DNA of 64,000 nt from Patellaria atrata CBS 101060 (taxonomy: Eukaryota): positions 268,290 through 332,289 of the forward strand of contig MU006109.1 of assembly GCA_010093705.1 (NCBI GenBank). The letters run 5' to 3'. Within the stretch, counting starts at the first letter, position 1, and the number at the start of each line of letters is the position of its first letter. The position numbers and the translations under genes are program-made. Of the stretch, positions 51,601 to 64,000 are shown in pieces. The notes beneath the pieces were generated by a model. It saw nothing but the letters and a program-made list of their open reading frames with translations. It was not told the origin of the DNA and did no database searches.

Positions 51601-52742
51601 AAGCTACTTACCTTAGACATGATCTGGATTAGCTATTACTTGAAGTAGCTAGTTATTCCTATTAATTACGTCACTAGAAAAGAACTTCACCAGCCTTAAT
51701 TATACTACTCAGCACGACCAAACGACCATGATTCTGGATTTTGATCAATTGAATTGCAGCATGCATGGAAGGACGAAAATTGAGCGATTATTTTCGACTT
51801 CTACTGACATAGTGTCTCCTGAGCTATATAGGCAAGCATGGCAACTCTAGAAAGTATGCAGGGGATCGCCAAAGAGCGCTGTAGCCTTCTCCTTCAACTT
51901 CGCATTACCAATAACCTGCATTTTCCAAAATGTCCAAACCAACCTCGCTCTTATCCCAAAAATTATCAGTCATGAAACTATGCTAACCATTTTCAGTATA
52001 GTCTGGCTCTGTACTGAACTGAGAATTCTGCTTCAAGGCGGCTGCTTTTACTTTGAAAGCATCGAGTTTGCTTTTCTCGATGAAGATTTTGCCCTACCCC
52101 TCGGTGCTGTGGCCAGCTTTTGCGGGAGTAGCTTTGACTTATGTCCAGCAGATTGGAGAGAAGATGCAGGACTTTTGGAATTTGGGAAAGCGATGATACC
52201 TTTGGCTTTGATCTCAAAGTTGCATAAGATGTAGTCTGCAGATTTGTCCTTGCCCTTTTCTACCCACTTCACGTTCATATCTTTCCCTTCGAGTGTAGAG
52301 ATGAAGATTTTATCGCCTTTTTCAACAACCACGTTGAATAATCGACGGAGCAATCCTGATCCAACACATGCGTTCTAGATAGAGTGCTCGGCTTGCCCGA
52401 CAAGTGGGTGCAATACCGAGCTCCACTGTGATCCGTTGTCCAGGGTCAAGCCACATGTAGGTGACGAGAGCTGGACGAAACTCTATTGCTCAACATGCAT
52501 GTACTGACTGAACGCGGTATGATGAAAGACTTGTTTACTTCTTTTTACAGATGATTCTATGCAAGCAGGTTGTATACTGATTCTGTTGAAGATATAGAAC
52601 TAATGCACCGCATTTGGAACCTTTCTATACAATCGCTCTCATTGCTCACCACGAGTCAATTGGACAAACCCCCTGCAACTCGGCAGAGCACCCTTCCCCT
52701 CTGTATCATGAACCAGCAACAGAGTTATTAACATTCACACCC

Positions 52743-53156
52743 ATGATCCCTCAAAAAGACCTCAACTTTGTGAACGACTACCAGATTAGAAAGGCTAATG
52801 AATTCTCGCAACTTTGCATCAATTACGGGAACGAATTCCTAGCCAAATACAACGACATCAGAATCCCCCTGAACGGACAAGACGACCTCCTCGGCACTGC
52901 GTCGAATGTCATTATCGGAAAGGGATGGACGGTCGCTGATGCGCGGACCTTGGTTACAGGCCAGAAGAACGCATTCCTGCAGTTGGAAGAGCCTACTGTG
53001 CAACTACTAAGGCCGTTTGACACGCAGTATCAGAAGAAGGCGAGTGACGGTCAATGGAAGGATTTACTGCCTGGTGATTGGTTGCAACAGATGATACAGC
53101 TTGTGAACCATGAGTTCACAAAGTTGGAGGAAGTCATGGTGAATGAGCATGATTAG
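52743..53156 (+). CDS. Small orphan hypothetical protein (~137 aa)
   Basis: Open, protein-like ORF from ATG 52743 inside ORF 52614..53156; no recognisable motif. Confidence 0.4.
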   Translation: MIPQKDLNFVNDYQIRKANEFSQLCINYGNEFLAKYNDIRIPLNGQDDLLGTASNVIIGKGWTVADARTLVTGQKNAFLQLEEPTVQLLRPFDTQYQKKASDGQWKDLLPGDWLQQMIQLVNHEFTKLEEVMVNEHD

Positions 53157-54230
53157 CAAAGAGTTATCAGTTTGTCTCCGCTTTAAAGATAGTTTATCGA
53201 GCTTTTTCAAGTGGCTTCGCGTACCCTAATTGATACACGTCCATCCCATTATTTTACAAAATGCATCCCCTTTTTACCAACTAGTTCATGTATCAATGAT
53301 ATCTTCTCGATCATCTCATGGCAATAGCACTTCAATAGTCGCGTCTCGTCTAAACACCGGTTGAGCTGTTAAATATAGGCATATGTCCCTATTTGAAGCA
53401 CTTCGTGACTTCGTGTAGACGCGAAAGGGTCTATCTATACCCTGGCATTTAGTAGAGCGGAGTTAATAGCGTAGCTTACCTTAAACGCTAGGCACTATAA
53501 TGAATGTATAAAACTATTCTCCTTCTTACAGCACTCCCTAGAGGAGCTCTGGTCAGGTCTATTCCCCCGGAGTCATGGATTGCTTCTTATATTACACGGC
53601 TTGTCGTGATACATCCTTAGAAACAAGGTCAAGTATAAGATTCTGATCGAAAAATAGCGATGTCCAATGACCAATGTGCTAAAAAGGAATGTACATATAT
53701 GGAAATGAGAGGATGCACGTCTATCGAAAAGGGTCGTCTGTGAGAACCGGTTGACTATGCTCACAAAGGAGTAAAATAGTAGTATAGGTAGGATCATATG
53801 ATAACTATCGCCGTTTCCTTTCTAGCGAGTCGATAGAAACTTGACCAAAATCTACGGATCTAATAAGTGCAAGATGCAAAAATGAGTGCTTCTACCTTCG
53901 TACAGAAAATAGAAACGTATAAGGCACATCCAACCACATGTATGACTTAAGTCTGTAAAATGACAGGTTCGTCGAAGGGTTAATGATCTCCTTACCCTTG
54001 CTCCAAGCTCGGCAATAGGCGTTCAAATCAGAGATAGAGTTTAGGATCACAGCGTTGCTATCATCGGTGTTCGAGGAACGGGGAACTTCCAAAAAGGGAA
54101 ACGGGCAGCAACTTCTGGCAAAAACACCCAAGTACGGCGGGAGGGAAGGTAAAACGCAGCGGTGGTATCTCGGTGGGCACAACAGACAATACTTTATATA
54201 GTAGACCTCAAGAGAACAACCTTTAATTTT

Positions 54231-54393
54231 GGCGGCATGGCCGAGTGGTTTACGATTTCCTCTGTCCTATTTTCTTCTGTCAATTCCCTATCGGTCAAAT
54301 TTCTAAGTCTTTAGTTCGAGCCCTGCCTCCGCCAGAATATAAAGTTAAATGCGTTCGCCGGGTTAACTTTCCCTCTTCGGAGGTTTTTTTTTT
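54231..54393 (+). ncRNA. Putative Pol III ncRNA, unit 4: tRNA(Ser/Leu)-like ends, pyrimidine-rich core, two trailer hairpins, T10
   Basis: TTTATATA 54193-200; GGCGGCA + A-box TGGCCGAGTGG 54238-48; B-box AGTTCGAGCC 54313-22; CCGCCA 54329-34; AAAGTTAA/TTAACTTT; CCTC-TTCG-GAGG 54372-83; T10. Confidence 0.62.
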
Positions 54394-55172
54394 GCTTTTT
54401 TTTTTTACCTTCCTATTATCTCTTCTTTTTATTTACTTAAGGGATCAGTGTTGTAGATTTTTATCGTATTCTAGAATTAAGCTCAACCACTCGTCGGTGT
54501 AAGGTAGAACTGGAACTACAGTAGTTCAACCTAAGAGCGTCTTATTTGATCATCGCATGTGTACCACACTAACACTTATTTAACGACGCAAGACAACATC
54601 AGAAGATAAAGGTAGCAGTAGGGCAAGCCGGGCTCATAATTCTCACGACTGTTCCATTTGTAAATATTCCGGGTCTAAAAGCTATGTAAGCAACTTAGTA
54701 AATCACCACACAAGCCATGATGTGCCTAATGACAAATTCGCCTTTTGCGATCCTTATTGCGCTTACATTCACCTTTTCGCTCAGACTTACAACGAGAAGA
54801 CAGTAGAAAGCGTGGTTATGCTTCTATTAAATTAGGGAAAACTCCTGAGTTAGATCGATACGATATGCACCTCGGGCTTTGTGACTATACAGAGCACTTT
54901 GAAGTACAAATCGACATGGAAATGACGGTGGTAGGCTATGTTAAGATCAATTGTATGTGGAAAAGGGAATTCAAATCAATATTCCGACAATGGACCCAGG
55001 TAATTGCGAGTCAGGATTCATCTGCTCCTTCACTAAGCGGAGTAAGACAATTCATAGTCGACTGTGACCAGTACATTGTAGAGTGTCAGTATATAAGTAC
55101 CATCTAATCCTCTGGGAATTTCCATTGACTACCCAACCTTCCTGAAATCACCAGTTCTGATTGACCACAACA

Positions 55173-56598
55173 ATGTTATCCCATCTTATAGCCGCGGTTG
55201 GCTTCCTTATCATTTCATTGTTCCCTGAAGGTGTACGCTCAGAGTCCGCACAATATCAGGGCGGAATATGCAAAGATGTTTCTATCCCAATCACTGTAAC
55301 CTCGGAAAACTTCGTCTGGGGATTACCTACGTTTAAGGATAACTTTGACGTTGCTGAAATTCTCTTTGAAGTGGCCCGTGACGATAGTGCCGAAGCATTC
55401 CATCCATTCATAGGGACTCGAAATGAAACGGCAACATACAGGATCGAGGGCACCGTATGTACACCAATGGTGAAAACACAGCAAAGGGAAAATACACTTC
55501 TTATTGCTACTCATGGTCTTGGATACGATCGCAGGTAAGAACGCCTTTCTCTTGTTGACTATAAGACCATGTTGACGTACATAGATATTGGGCTTCCACG
55601 TACAAGCCAAAGGACTACAATTTCGTGGAAAAAGCGCTCAAGATTGGATACTCTATTTTCTTCTACGACCGCTTGGGAACAGGAAAATCGCAAAAGTATT
55701 GAACTGATTGGAGAGGTTGACAAAAGTCTTGCTTACTGAGTGCAGAATTTCCGGTTTCTCGAACCAACTTGCAAACCAGGTGGAGCTCCTTGCAGCATTG
55801 TGTAAAGGCTTCCGCTCCGGAGGATTGATTCCAGGATTTGGTTCTTTCAAACAAATAGTGTTGGTGGGTCATTCTTATGGCTCGTCTTCTACACAAGGCG
55901 TTGCTCAGAAGTATCCGGACATCATTGACGGTATGAAACTGGCATACTCCTATTATAATGCATAGAGATAGTACCTCATCGATTATAGGGCTCGTGCTTA
56001 CTGGTATTGCATATTACCCCCCTCCGGATGCGGGCAAGATTACGCTGGAAGCATTTGCGCCGCGCATTGCAAAAACGGTCGATCCACAATTCTCGGACCG
56101 TGATAATGGTTATCTAGCATTTCGGGATATCCATGCCCATGCTCAAACGTACGTCTAAATGCCATTGATGAACAGAAACCCTCCTGATAATAGTCAAATC
56201 AAAGTTTCTTCAAACAGCCAAATTACGAGATCGGTGCTGTAGAATATGCACAGAGCATAGCGAATCCATTCGGGATCGCAGAGTTCTTGAGCTTATTCAT
56301 AGGCGGCAGCAACGCGAGCCCATTCCTCGGACCAGTACTTGTGAGTTTACTCTCGAAATTGCTTTGCTTCCAAGTGCTGACATCCCTCCTGGTGACTACC
56401 GGAGAATTCGACCTGATCGTGTGTGGGGGAGAGTGCAATTCAGTGTTCGCTAGAGATATTGCTCGCTCGGTTTTCCCAAGAGCGAGTGTTGTAGAACCTT
56501 ATGTGCACCCGGGAGTAGGACACGGAGTCAACTTCGGAAAGAACGCAACGGGGCTCTATGATGTAATTATTGATTTCCTGGAGAATCAGGGGTTTTAG
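55173..56598 (+). CDS. Secreted alpha/beta-hydrolase (multi-exon)
   Basis: Signal peptide; LLIATHGLGYDR|RYW, FYDRLGTGKS, VLVGHSYGS, TTGEFDLIVC, GVGHGVNF. Confidence 0.88.
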
Positions 56599-56861
56599 CC
56601 TCGGAAGATTGGATAAGGTAGACAATATTTTTTGATGGTACCGGTAAGTACCTATACAGATGTGAGATACCCTAGGTCGTATGTTACCATAATCTGGGAA
56701 GACGTGGATATCTATAATAATTAGGGAAGCGCCAAGACATGTGATTAGGCATTCTCGTTAGCTTAGACTTAGAACTAAGATTAGAACTAGCGTCGCGTCG
56801 CGTCATCTAAAACCTCAGATCCTAGAATACCACGATCGCCTAGTAATACTACTCTTATGAG

Positions 56862-58919
56862 ATGGATTTTCAAGATGAAGATGACAACGAACTTCAAAGA
56901 GCTATTCAACTATCCTTGGAGCAGACGTATGAGCTTGGAAACTTATCAACGCCACTTCTCGGTGATGGCGCTCTCAGAGCATCCGTCAAGGCTGAAGACA
57001 GCCTCAGGACAACCACCCCAAGTAACACACACTCGCAACAGGCAGCCATCGATCTTACAGAGGATTCTCAGCATTCGAACAACTCCTCGAAAGAAATTTC
57101 TCCAGCTCCCTCCACTTTCCTGCTGAATCGCAAAGCTTTGGAACAAGAGAGACTTGCAAGAGTCGCTGGATTCAAAAGACGTGCCACTACGCCCCCAACC
57201 CTTCATCAACAGTCGGAATCTCGCAAATTGGCAAGACTGAATGATATGATTCCCGAAGATCTAGCAAAGGAATTGCAATACCCTCGCGGAGTGATCAAGA
57301 AAACCTGGGTACGAGGACAAGATAGAAACAATGACATCAAAATTGAAGAGGTCTTCAGGAAGGATGAGCTCAAGACTGCAGTGTTGAGTTCATTCCAATG
57401 GGATATGAATTGGGTCTTGAGCAAGGTGGATTGCAAGAAAACAAAGATCATATTCGTGTTAGAGGCTAAAGATGCTCGGACGGTTCGTTATCCGTTATTG
57501 TGTCATTACATGCATTTATTAAAGTTAGAAAAATATGTTTGGGAACTGCTAACAATTGCTAGCGGAATGAGTATATGCAAGCAGCTAAGGGATTGAACAT
57601 CTGTGATTTACGACTCTGCTTCCCACCTATGGTTGGTGAGTGGGGTTGCATGCATAGTAAACTCATGCTTCTTTTCTACGCGGATTCCTTGCGTGTCGTC
57701 GTTCCCAGCGCCAATCTTGTCAGTTATGACTGGGGAGAAACTGGAGTTATGGAAAACGTATGGGATCACCCCTTTATTTAAATGACTTTTCTAACTCTCT
57801 AAGACCGTTTTTCTTATTGACTTACCTCGCTATCCCGATGGACACTTTGCGACAGATGAAGAGTTAACCCCTTTTAGTCGTAACTTGTTATACTTCCTCG
57901 AAGCTATGGGTTTAGATGAAAGTGCACGAAAAGGGGTTCTCAAGTTTGACTTCCAGAACACTCAACACCTTGGTTTCGTCCACTCCATGTGAGTCTACGC
58001 TATACGCCGTGAACATTGTCATGCTCACGTCTACAGACCAGGCTCCCACCAAGGAGATGCCTTGAAACGCACGGGTTCACCAGGCCTTGGTGAAGTAGTA
58101 CGAAAATTAGGTATCGACACCTCTTCTCCTGTACAGGTGGACTCCGCTGTTGGTTCTCTCTCTAAATCTGAATTTCCGTACCCCTTCTAAATGAATAAAC
58201 AGTTCGCTTCACTAGGGGCCATAAACAATCAATTTCTGAAAGACATGTACTCCGCCATCAAGGGGGAAGGAAAAACCTCTTACGAAACAGATCGCCATAT
58301 CAAAGACCACTTCAGGGTACACTTTCCTACGAGGGAGACAGTGAGGAAAAGTAGAGGAGGGGTAAACGTACGAAATTGAATCAGAGTGAATCACCCGTAA
58401 AGTATTGCTGATCTGGTTTATAGAATGGTGGAACAATTTGTTTTCAGTCAAATTGGTACAATAGTATTTCATTCCCCAAAGACATCCTGAGAGACTATAA
58501 ATCTCGGCGGGATGGCATACTGAGTCATAACAAGGTATGTTGGATTCTGCAATAGATGATTTTGTGACTTTGCATTTGATGGTATGACTCATACTAATCC
58601 ACAAGATTAGATGCTCTTTGTGCGTGGGGTAAGGGAGGGCAAGAGGCTGGCCTGGGTATACACTGGCAGTTCCAATCTATCGGCGAGCGCCTGGGGAAGG
58701 CGTATGGTTGACAGAGCAACGGGTTATCCAAGGCTCACCGTTCGAAATTGGGAGTGCGGCGTTGTTGTTGTGATTCCGCCGAAAGACTTGGTTGAGGCCG
58801 ATCCAGCAATAATGACTACGGTACCAGACCTGGAAGTTTTCGAAGGCGAAGTTGATATTCCTTTTGAGGCTCCAGGAGAAGAGTATGATGGAAAAAAACC
58901 TTGGTTTTTTATGGAATGA
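56862..58919 (+). CDS. TDP1: Tyrosyl-DNA phosphodiesterase (PLD superfamily) with N-terminal UIM-like motif
   Basis: DEDDNELQRAIQLSL; AVLSSFQWD; CMHSKLMLL, PSANLVSYDWGE; LSHNK|MLF; WVYTGSSNLSASAWG; RNWECGVV; KPW. Confidence 0.88.
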
Positions 58920-59425
58920 TGGGATACAATAATTGATAGTTATCATCTGAGTGGGTGTTGGGTCGGCGTTAATTGGGCGATATTGGTTAGTACTACTCAA
59001 AGGCGCGGGTGTCGACAGTTCCGTGCAACTTTGACATGGAGAGTTAAGGAGCACATGCATACTACATCATCAGATAGCCGACAGAGCATATTTCTTGAAG
59101 ATGCGATTGGTAGGAACATGATGAATGGAAGAATAACCATGATGTGCTAGCAGTCAATCGCCTTAAGGTAGGTTATAAGCAAGTGAAAGCGAACCGATAA
59201 ATTTACCAACAAACGTAACTTGGTTGCCTTAAAAGGCTCGCACGGACTTGAGAGTAAAGTTGATAAAATCGTTAGGGTTGGATATTTTGATGTTGGTGAT
59301 TTTCGCGCTCTTTTAGAATTTTCGATAATGGGATAGTATATGATCGTGGATTGTCCTTATAAATCACTTTTAAGGTTGCAGTTGACGGGACGTATGAGTT
59401 ACTCAAGTTACAAAAATCTGCCCCG

Positions 59426-61176
59426 ATGGATTCCCTTAACGGCACCACCCCCGAGACCCGACCTGCAAAACGACGCGACCTGCCACTTAACCTCATCGTC
59501 CTCATCATCTCTTACGTATGCTGGATTCCCTTCACCCACATAGGAAATTACCTGCTAAATCTCAATATAGCTCGATGATGTCGCCGATATTGCTCGCATC
59601 ACGCGAACCTCGCGTCTCTTCTATTACATGACCTTACCCCGACTGTACGAAAAAGTTACTCTACGCTCCTACCACGAGATACGATATAATAATGGGAGAC
59701 CTGAGGGTTATGGCGGTGGCAGTCCTTTCTCAATGGGACTGGCTGGCCTCATCACGAAAAACTTTGCGGGCTATGTCCGGGAGTGGACGTTAGAGGGACA
59801 ATGGAAAGAGAGTGACCTAGATGACTTCTCCAAGGGTAGAGTACCGGATAATTCAATGATGTTGAACATATCCGTACGCGCTGCTATGGACAAGATGACC
59901 AAGTTAGAATCATTCAGGTACGGAATCTCCATGCTGGTATAAATTCCGGGATATCTAACATTCGAACAGCTGGAAGTTGGATACAAAACCTCTTCATCCT
60001 ATCTATCAAGGACTACTCCTTCGTCCTAGTCTCACATCCTTGACACTTAGATTTCCGAATACCAGAACACCAAGACCTACCGTTCTTATACCCCCTATGG
60101 TCAACTTACGCACATTTAAGGCTCTTAGCATAGATCCTCTATGCCATCCTGACGATTTTTCATTGCTTCTTCTTGAATGCAAGAAGTTAGAACATCTCTT
60201 ATTACACTTTAGTCCACGGATGAGAGATATGGGTGAACCCAGTACTTCTCTCGACGCCTATTTCGGTCGGTGCAGGGCTGCAAGGCATGTTTTACGCCTC
60301 AAGTCCATGGAGCTTTACAATCTGTATGCGCGACACGACCACGAAATGGAACATATCATATCCATACGCGATATGGAGAAGCTTTCGTTCGTAAACTGTA
60401 TTAGCAATAATGACCCGATGACGGTATTCATAGATAACACCTGGTCTAAACAAGTGGATCTTAAAATGATCCCAAGCAATTGCAAAACTATGATAGCTGG
60501 ACCACCAGATAAGACTCACGCTGCTATGCTCGCCTTGTTTAGTGGCCTAGAGAAACTTTATGTATTCACACCGAGACGTAAAATACACTCAAGAGCGACT
60601 TCATCGACTGACACTCCAATCGGCGCATCTCCATTAACTCCAACGCCCCCGACAAGTACGACTTCTCGGGAAGAGGATGTGTCTGTCGCATCGGATTATA
60701 TTGCGGCAATAACCGTCCATCACGGGAAAACTCTGCGACACCTGATGCTTCCCGATCATTGGGGATTCGGCGTTGAGGTGCTTACTCGACTGTTCGAGAG
60801 CTGTCCGAATTTAGAGCAGTTAGCGATGGGTCTTGACGGTAGTGACGTGATGCTCATGCGCCCCTTCATGAAACTTGTTCCTCGACTATTCGCACTTCGA
60901 ATCCTCATAGAACCGGGCACATCATTGTTCGATCAATTTCAAGCTACCGAGATGGGGATGCAGGAAAAGTTGATAGCAGCTGGATTCAGTATGCCCGAGT
61001 ATCATAGCATCAGATGGCTAGGGATAGGAACCTACGTCTTCGAACTCAGCCGTGCCGTCAAGACCGATGGTAAAAACCATCATAAAGGCGTCGTTTGGCA
61101 TAGAGAGTGTCGAAAAGTGTCTAAGAATGATGTAAAACACTTGGAAATCTGGAATGCTGATTGCTGGGATTTTTGA
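59426..61176 (+). CDS. F-box-like / RNI-like conserved fungal protein
   Basis: LPLNLIVLIISY|LDDVADIARITRTSRLFYYMTLPRLYEKVTL F-box-like start, then LRR-like segments; two introns. Confidence 0.75.
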
Positions 61177-61575
61177 AGAGAAAGCATAGGAATGAAGTCG
61201 AATCTCCGCTCGCCTACCTTATTTACTTACAGTATCACTGATACTCGAGTCTTGGTTACTTACCTAAAGTCAGGACGTATTGAGAACGACATGAGCGTCA
61301 TGACCGTAGTATCAACCAATCAAGGAGCTCACACTACCTTTTGGTATGACGGTTCACAGAACAACATGCCAAGCAAGGTTTCGCGAGCTTTGGGAATCCC
61401 TCGGACCTCCATACTTCTACTTCACCTTAACTTTCGGAACTTGACAGATATTTGTATCGATCCGAGCCTTATGAGTTTCTGGTATTCGCCTTATTGCCAT
61501 TGTAAATTGGTATTTATACTTCCATTCCAGCTTGTACTTGACAGTACAGGCAAATTCGCAGCTTCCATTATCTAC

Positions 61576-63863
61576 ATGGCTTTGAAAAGGAAGTTACAAC
61601 AATGGTCCACGGTAGGACTATTGTTACTCCTCACAGGTGGCTCTTGGCTATATGTTTGCCATATTGACCGGAACCTCTTTTTAAGTCCACTGGACAGCTT
61701 CGGAACTGAGGCATCATTAACCATGAAGCTGTCAAACGCAGTTCAGCAGGCCAGCGCATTCTTAAATCCATTACCTTCATCGCCTAACTGTAAGAATCCA
61801 GCCTCTTGAGAACGAGTAACAGGAACCTGCTAATAGTATCCAGTGGTTCCGCTCGTTTTTGAACCTTTGCCCCTCGGATCTATCAAGCCTCTCGGATGGC
61901 TTGAGAACGAGATGCAGCTAATGGCTCACGGTTTAGCCGGGCAGGAGTTCGAATTCTATCCTTACGTTTACGACAGCCCTTGGTTAGGAGGTGGAAGCGA
62001 ATATAGCGTCTTGAACGAAGGATTGCCTTATTGGTTCAACGGCATTGTTCCTCTTGCCTACGGCCTTGATGACGACCGTCTTAAACAACAAGTCCATGAT
62101 GCCGTTACTCATGTACTCGAACATCAGTGGGAAGATGGCTGGCTAGGCCCTGAAAGTGTTGATTATCGAAACCTTTGGGCTCGGTTCCCCATAATGTTAG
62201 GTTTCATGCAATTGTACGAAGCAGATCTAAGATACTCTGAGCTGCTACTTCCAGCCATGTACAAATTTATTGATCTTATGCACTCGATGCTTGCGGATGA
62301 CCTCAGCGGCTACGTACCGCATGAAGGGGAATTCTTTCAGGAGGCGACCAGGTGGGGGAGGGCAAGGGCACATGATATGATGATCGTCCTACAGTGGCTC
62401 TATGAGAAACATCCACCAGCAAACTCGAAAAAACTGCTGGAAAGTATGCGCTACCTACTTGAGGGAGCATTAGATTGGTCGTATTGGTTCTCGGAAGGCG
62501 TTTTCATCAAGGATGACTTGTTTAACGTACCTGGTCAAGACGAAGCCAACGAAATGTATCCTTTTGAGCATGGTGTCAACCTTGGGCAAGGTCTCAAAGC
62601 TGGTGCGGTAATACGGAGATTTACTTACAACAATTCTCTGTTGGATATCACTCGACAAGGAGTCAATTGGACTTTCGAATATCATGGTGCCGCATCCGGA
62701 ACTATTTTAGCAGATGAGAGAATCAACGGCCTTGCACCATACTATGGGTAAGTTAACTCAGTACTATTCCTTAACGTTGCTTACTGTATAGGTCCGAATT
62801 GTGCACCGTAGTTGAAACGATGTATTCCCTCAGCTATCTCTACCAGGCTTTCGGCGACAATTCTTTCGCGGATAGATGCGAACTTGCAGCATTTAATGCA
62901 TTGCCGGTGCAGGTGACATCTGACTGGTGGGCACGACAATATTTAACGCAACCTAATCAACCTTATTCGACGAGACTTGATCCTAATCCTTTCTTCAACA
63001 GCAGAGAATGGGCGCAGACTTACACTCTCGAGGGAAATTACCCTTGTTGTACTGTTAATTTTCCCCAGGGATTTCCCAAATTTCTCTCCAATTCCTTCGT
63101 CAAGGTTGGAGACGATGGACTAGCACATGTACTCCTAAGCCCAGCATCGGTCATGACAACAATCAAAGGGGCCGATGTGATTGTGGACTGCGAGACTAGA
63201 TATCCTTTTGACAATTCTTTGGAGTACACCATCGATTCAGACATTGACTTCAGGTTCCATATTCGGGTTCCGTCATGGGCGAATGCAGAGTACTCTTCCG
63301 TTAACGTATCCCGTCCAGCGGACCTTTTTCCCGATTCCCACACCGGTCTTCATTGGATTGATATCAAAGCTGGTAGAACATATGTATCGTACATGCTGGA
63401 TCATAGCATTGTGATTGAGCATCGAATGAATGACACCGTTGCCGTCCACAATGGAGCAGTATTGTATGCATTAGAAATAAAACAGAGAAGTTACGCATCG
63501 GCCCCCAAAAGTTTCACTGGTGATCCACTGACGAAGGAAATGCCACGCGAGGTTAAAGACTGGATTCTCACCAATGCTTCGGCGTGGAATGTCGCTATCG
63601 ATGTCTCCACGTTGGAATTTCACTCATCTTATAAACCGTTGCGCAAGCCGACATTCTCCCCTGGTGGCCCTCTCGTCTGGATCTCGGCTAAGGCCTGTCA
63701 CATCGAATGGGGTCTGTTCAGGAATTCTCCGGACATTCCGCCTCCAAAAGAGCAAAGAAAGTGCCTTGGGGAGCTGTTTGAAGCGCAGCTGGTTCCGTAT
63801 GGTTCTGCAAAACTACACATGGTCGATTTACCGACAATCGACCTCTCATCTTATCCTAGATAA
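61576..63863 (+). CDS. GH127/GH146-like (DUF1680) beta-L-arabinofuranosidase-family protein
   Basis: PLPLGSIKPLGWL, EGLPYWFNG, HGVNLGQGLK, G|SELCTVVETMYS, YPCCTVNFPQGFPK, ETRYPF, LVPYGSAKL; start 61576 or 61723. Confidence 0.88.
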
Positions 63864-64000
63864 CCTAAACTAATCTTACTATTTTCATTCCGAAATATCT
63901 TCGCGTTGATTGATGAGATATGCGCACACAACGAACATTATTCTCTAACTTACTACAGCAGGGAGTGACACAGCGTATCCTTACAAATTTTGTTGGATAT

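Noticed and set aside
53468..53492. TAGCGT/ACGCTA hairpin with CTTACCTTAA loop resembling a U1 5' end
   Set aside because: More simply a minus-strand AG|GTAAGC splice donor of a decayed gene; no Sm site or U1 stem-loops nearby.

Overview
Gene-dense, intron-containing DNA from a filamentous ascomycete (Pezizomycotina; short GT-AG introns with CTRAY branch points; a Dothideomycete-like lineage is only my inference). About 1-39 kb and 55-64 kb are mostly housekeeping or ordinary genes: eIF2B-delta, ADE2, a SET protein, formaldehyde dehydrogenase, NOP16, a ZIP transporter, a cupin, CSN5, ATG16, a DnaJ, mitochondrial GluRS, SPB1, RFA3, GTPBP1, a tandem-BRCT protein, GCLM, DUF1996/WSC, an alpha/beta hydrolase, TDP1, an F-box-like protein and a GH127-like protein. 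About 39.6-54.2 kb is an accessory-looking tract of orphans and decayed genes. Two things stand out. (1) Four dispersed non-coding units (12.05, 19.33, 44.30, 54.23 kb) share one architecture: a degenerate tRNA-like head that keeps Pol III A/B boxes but has lost the cloverleaf, then a strongly base-paired trailer (UUCG-type loops in three), then an oligo-T terminator. A fifth, pseudoknot-shaped candidate lies at about 42.4-42.6 kb. I saw no intact tRNA gene in the window. (2) The STE2-type alpha-pheromone receptor is a pseudogene (six stops, one frameshift) with a cluster of HMG-box-like motifs still upstream. All calls are by eye; no database searches or folding programs were run.
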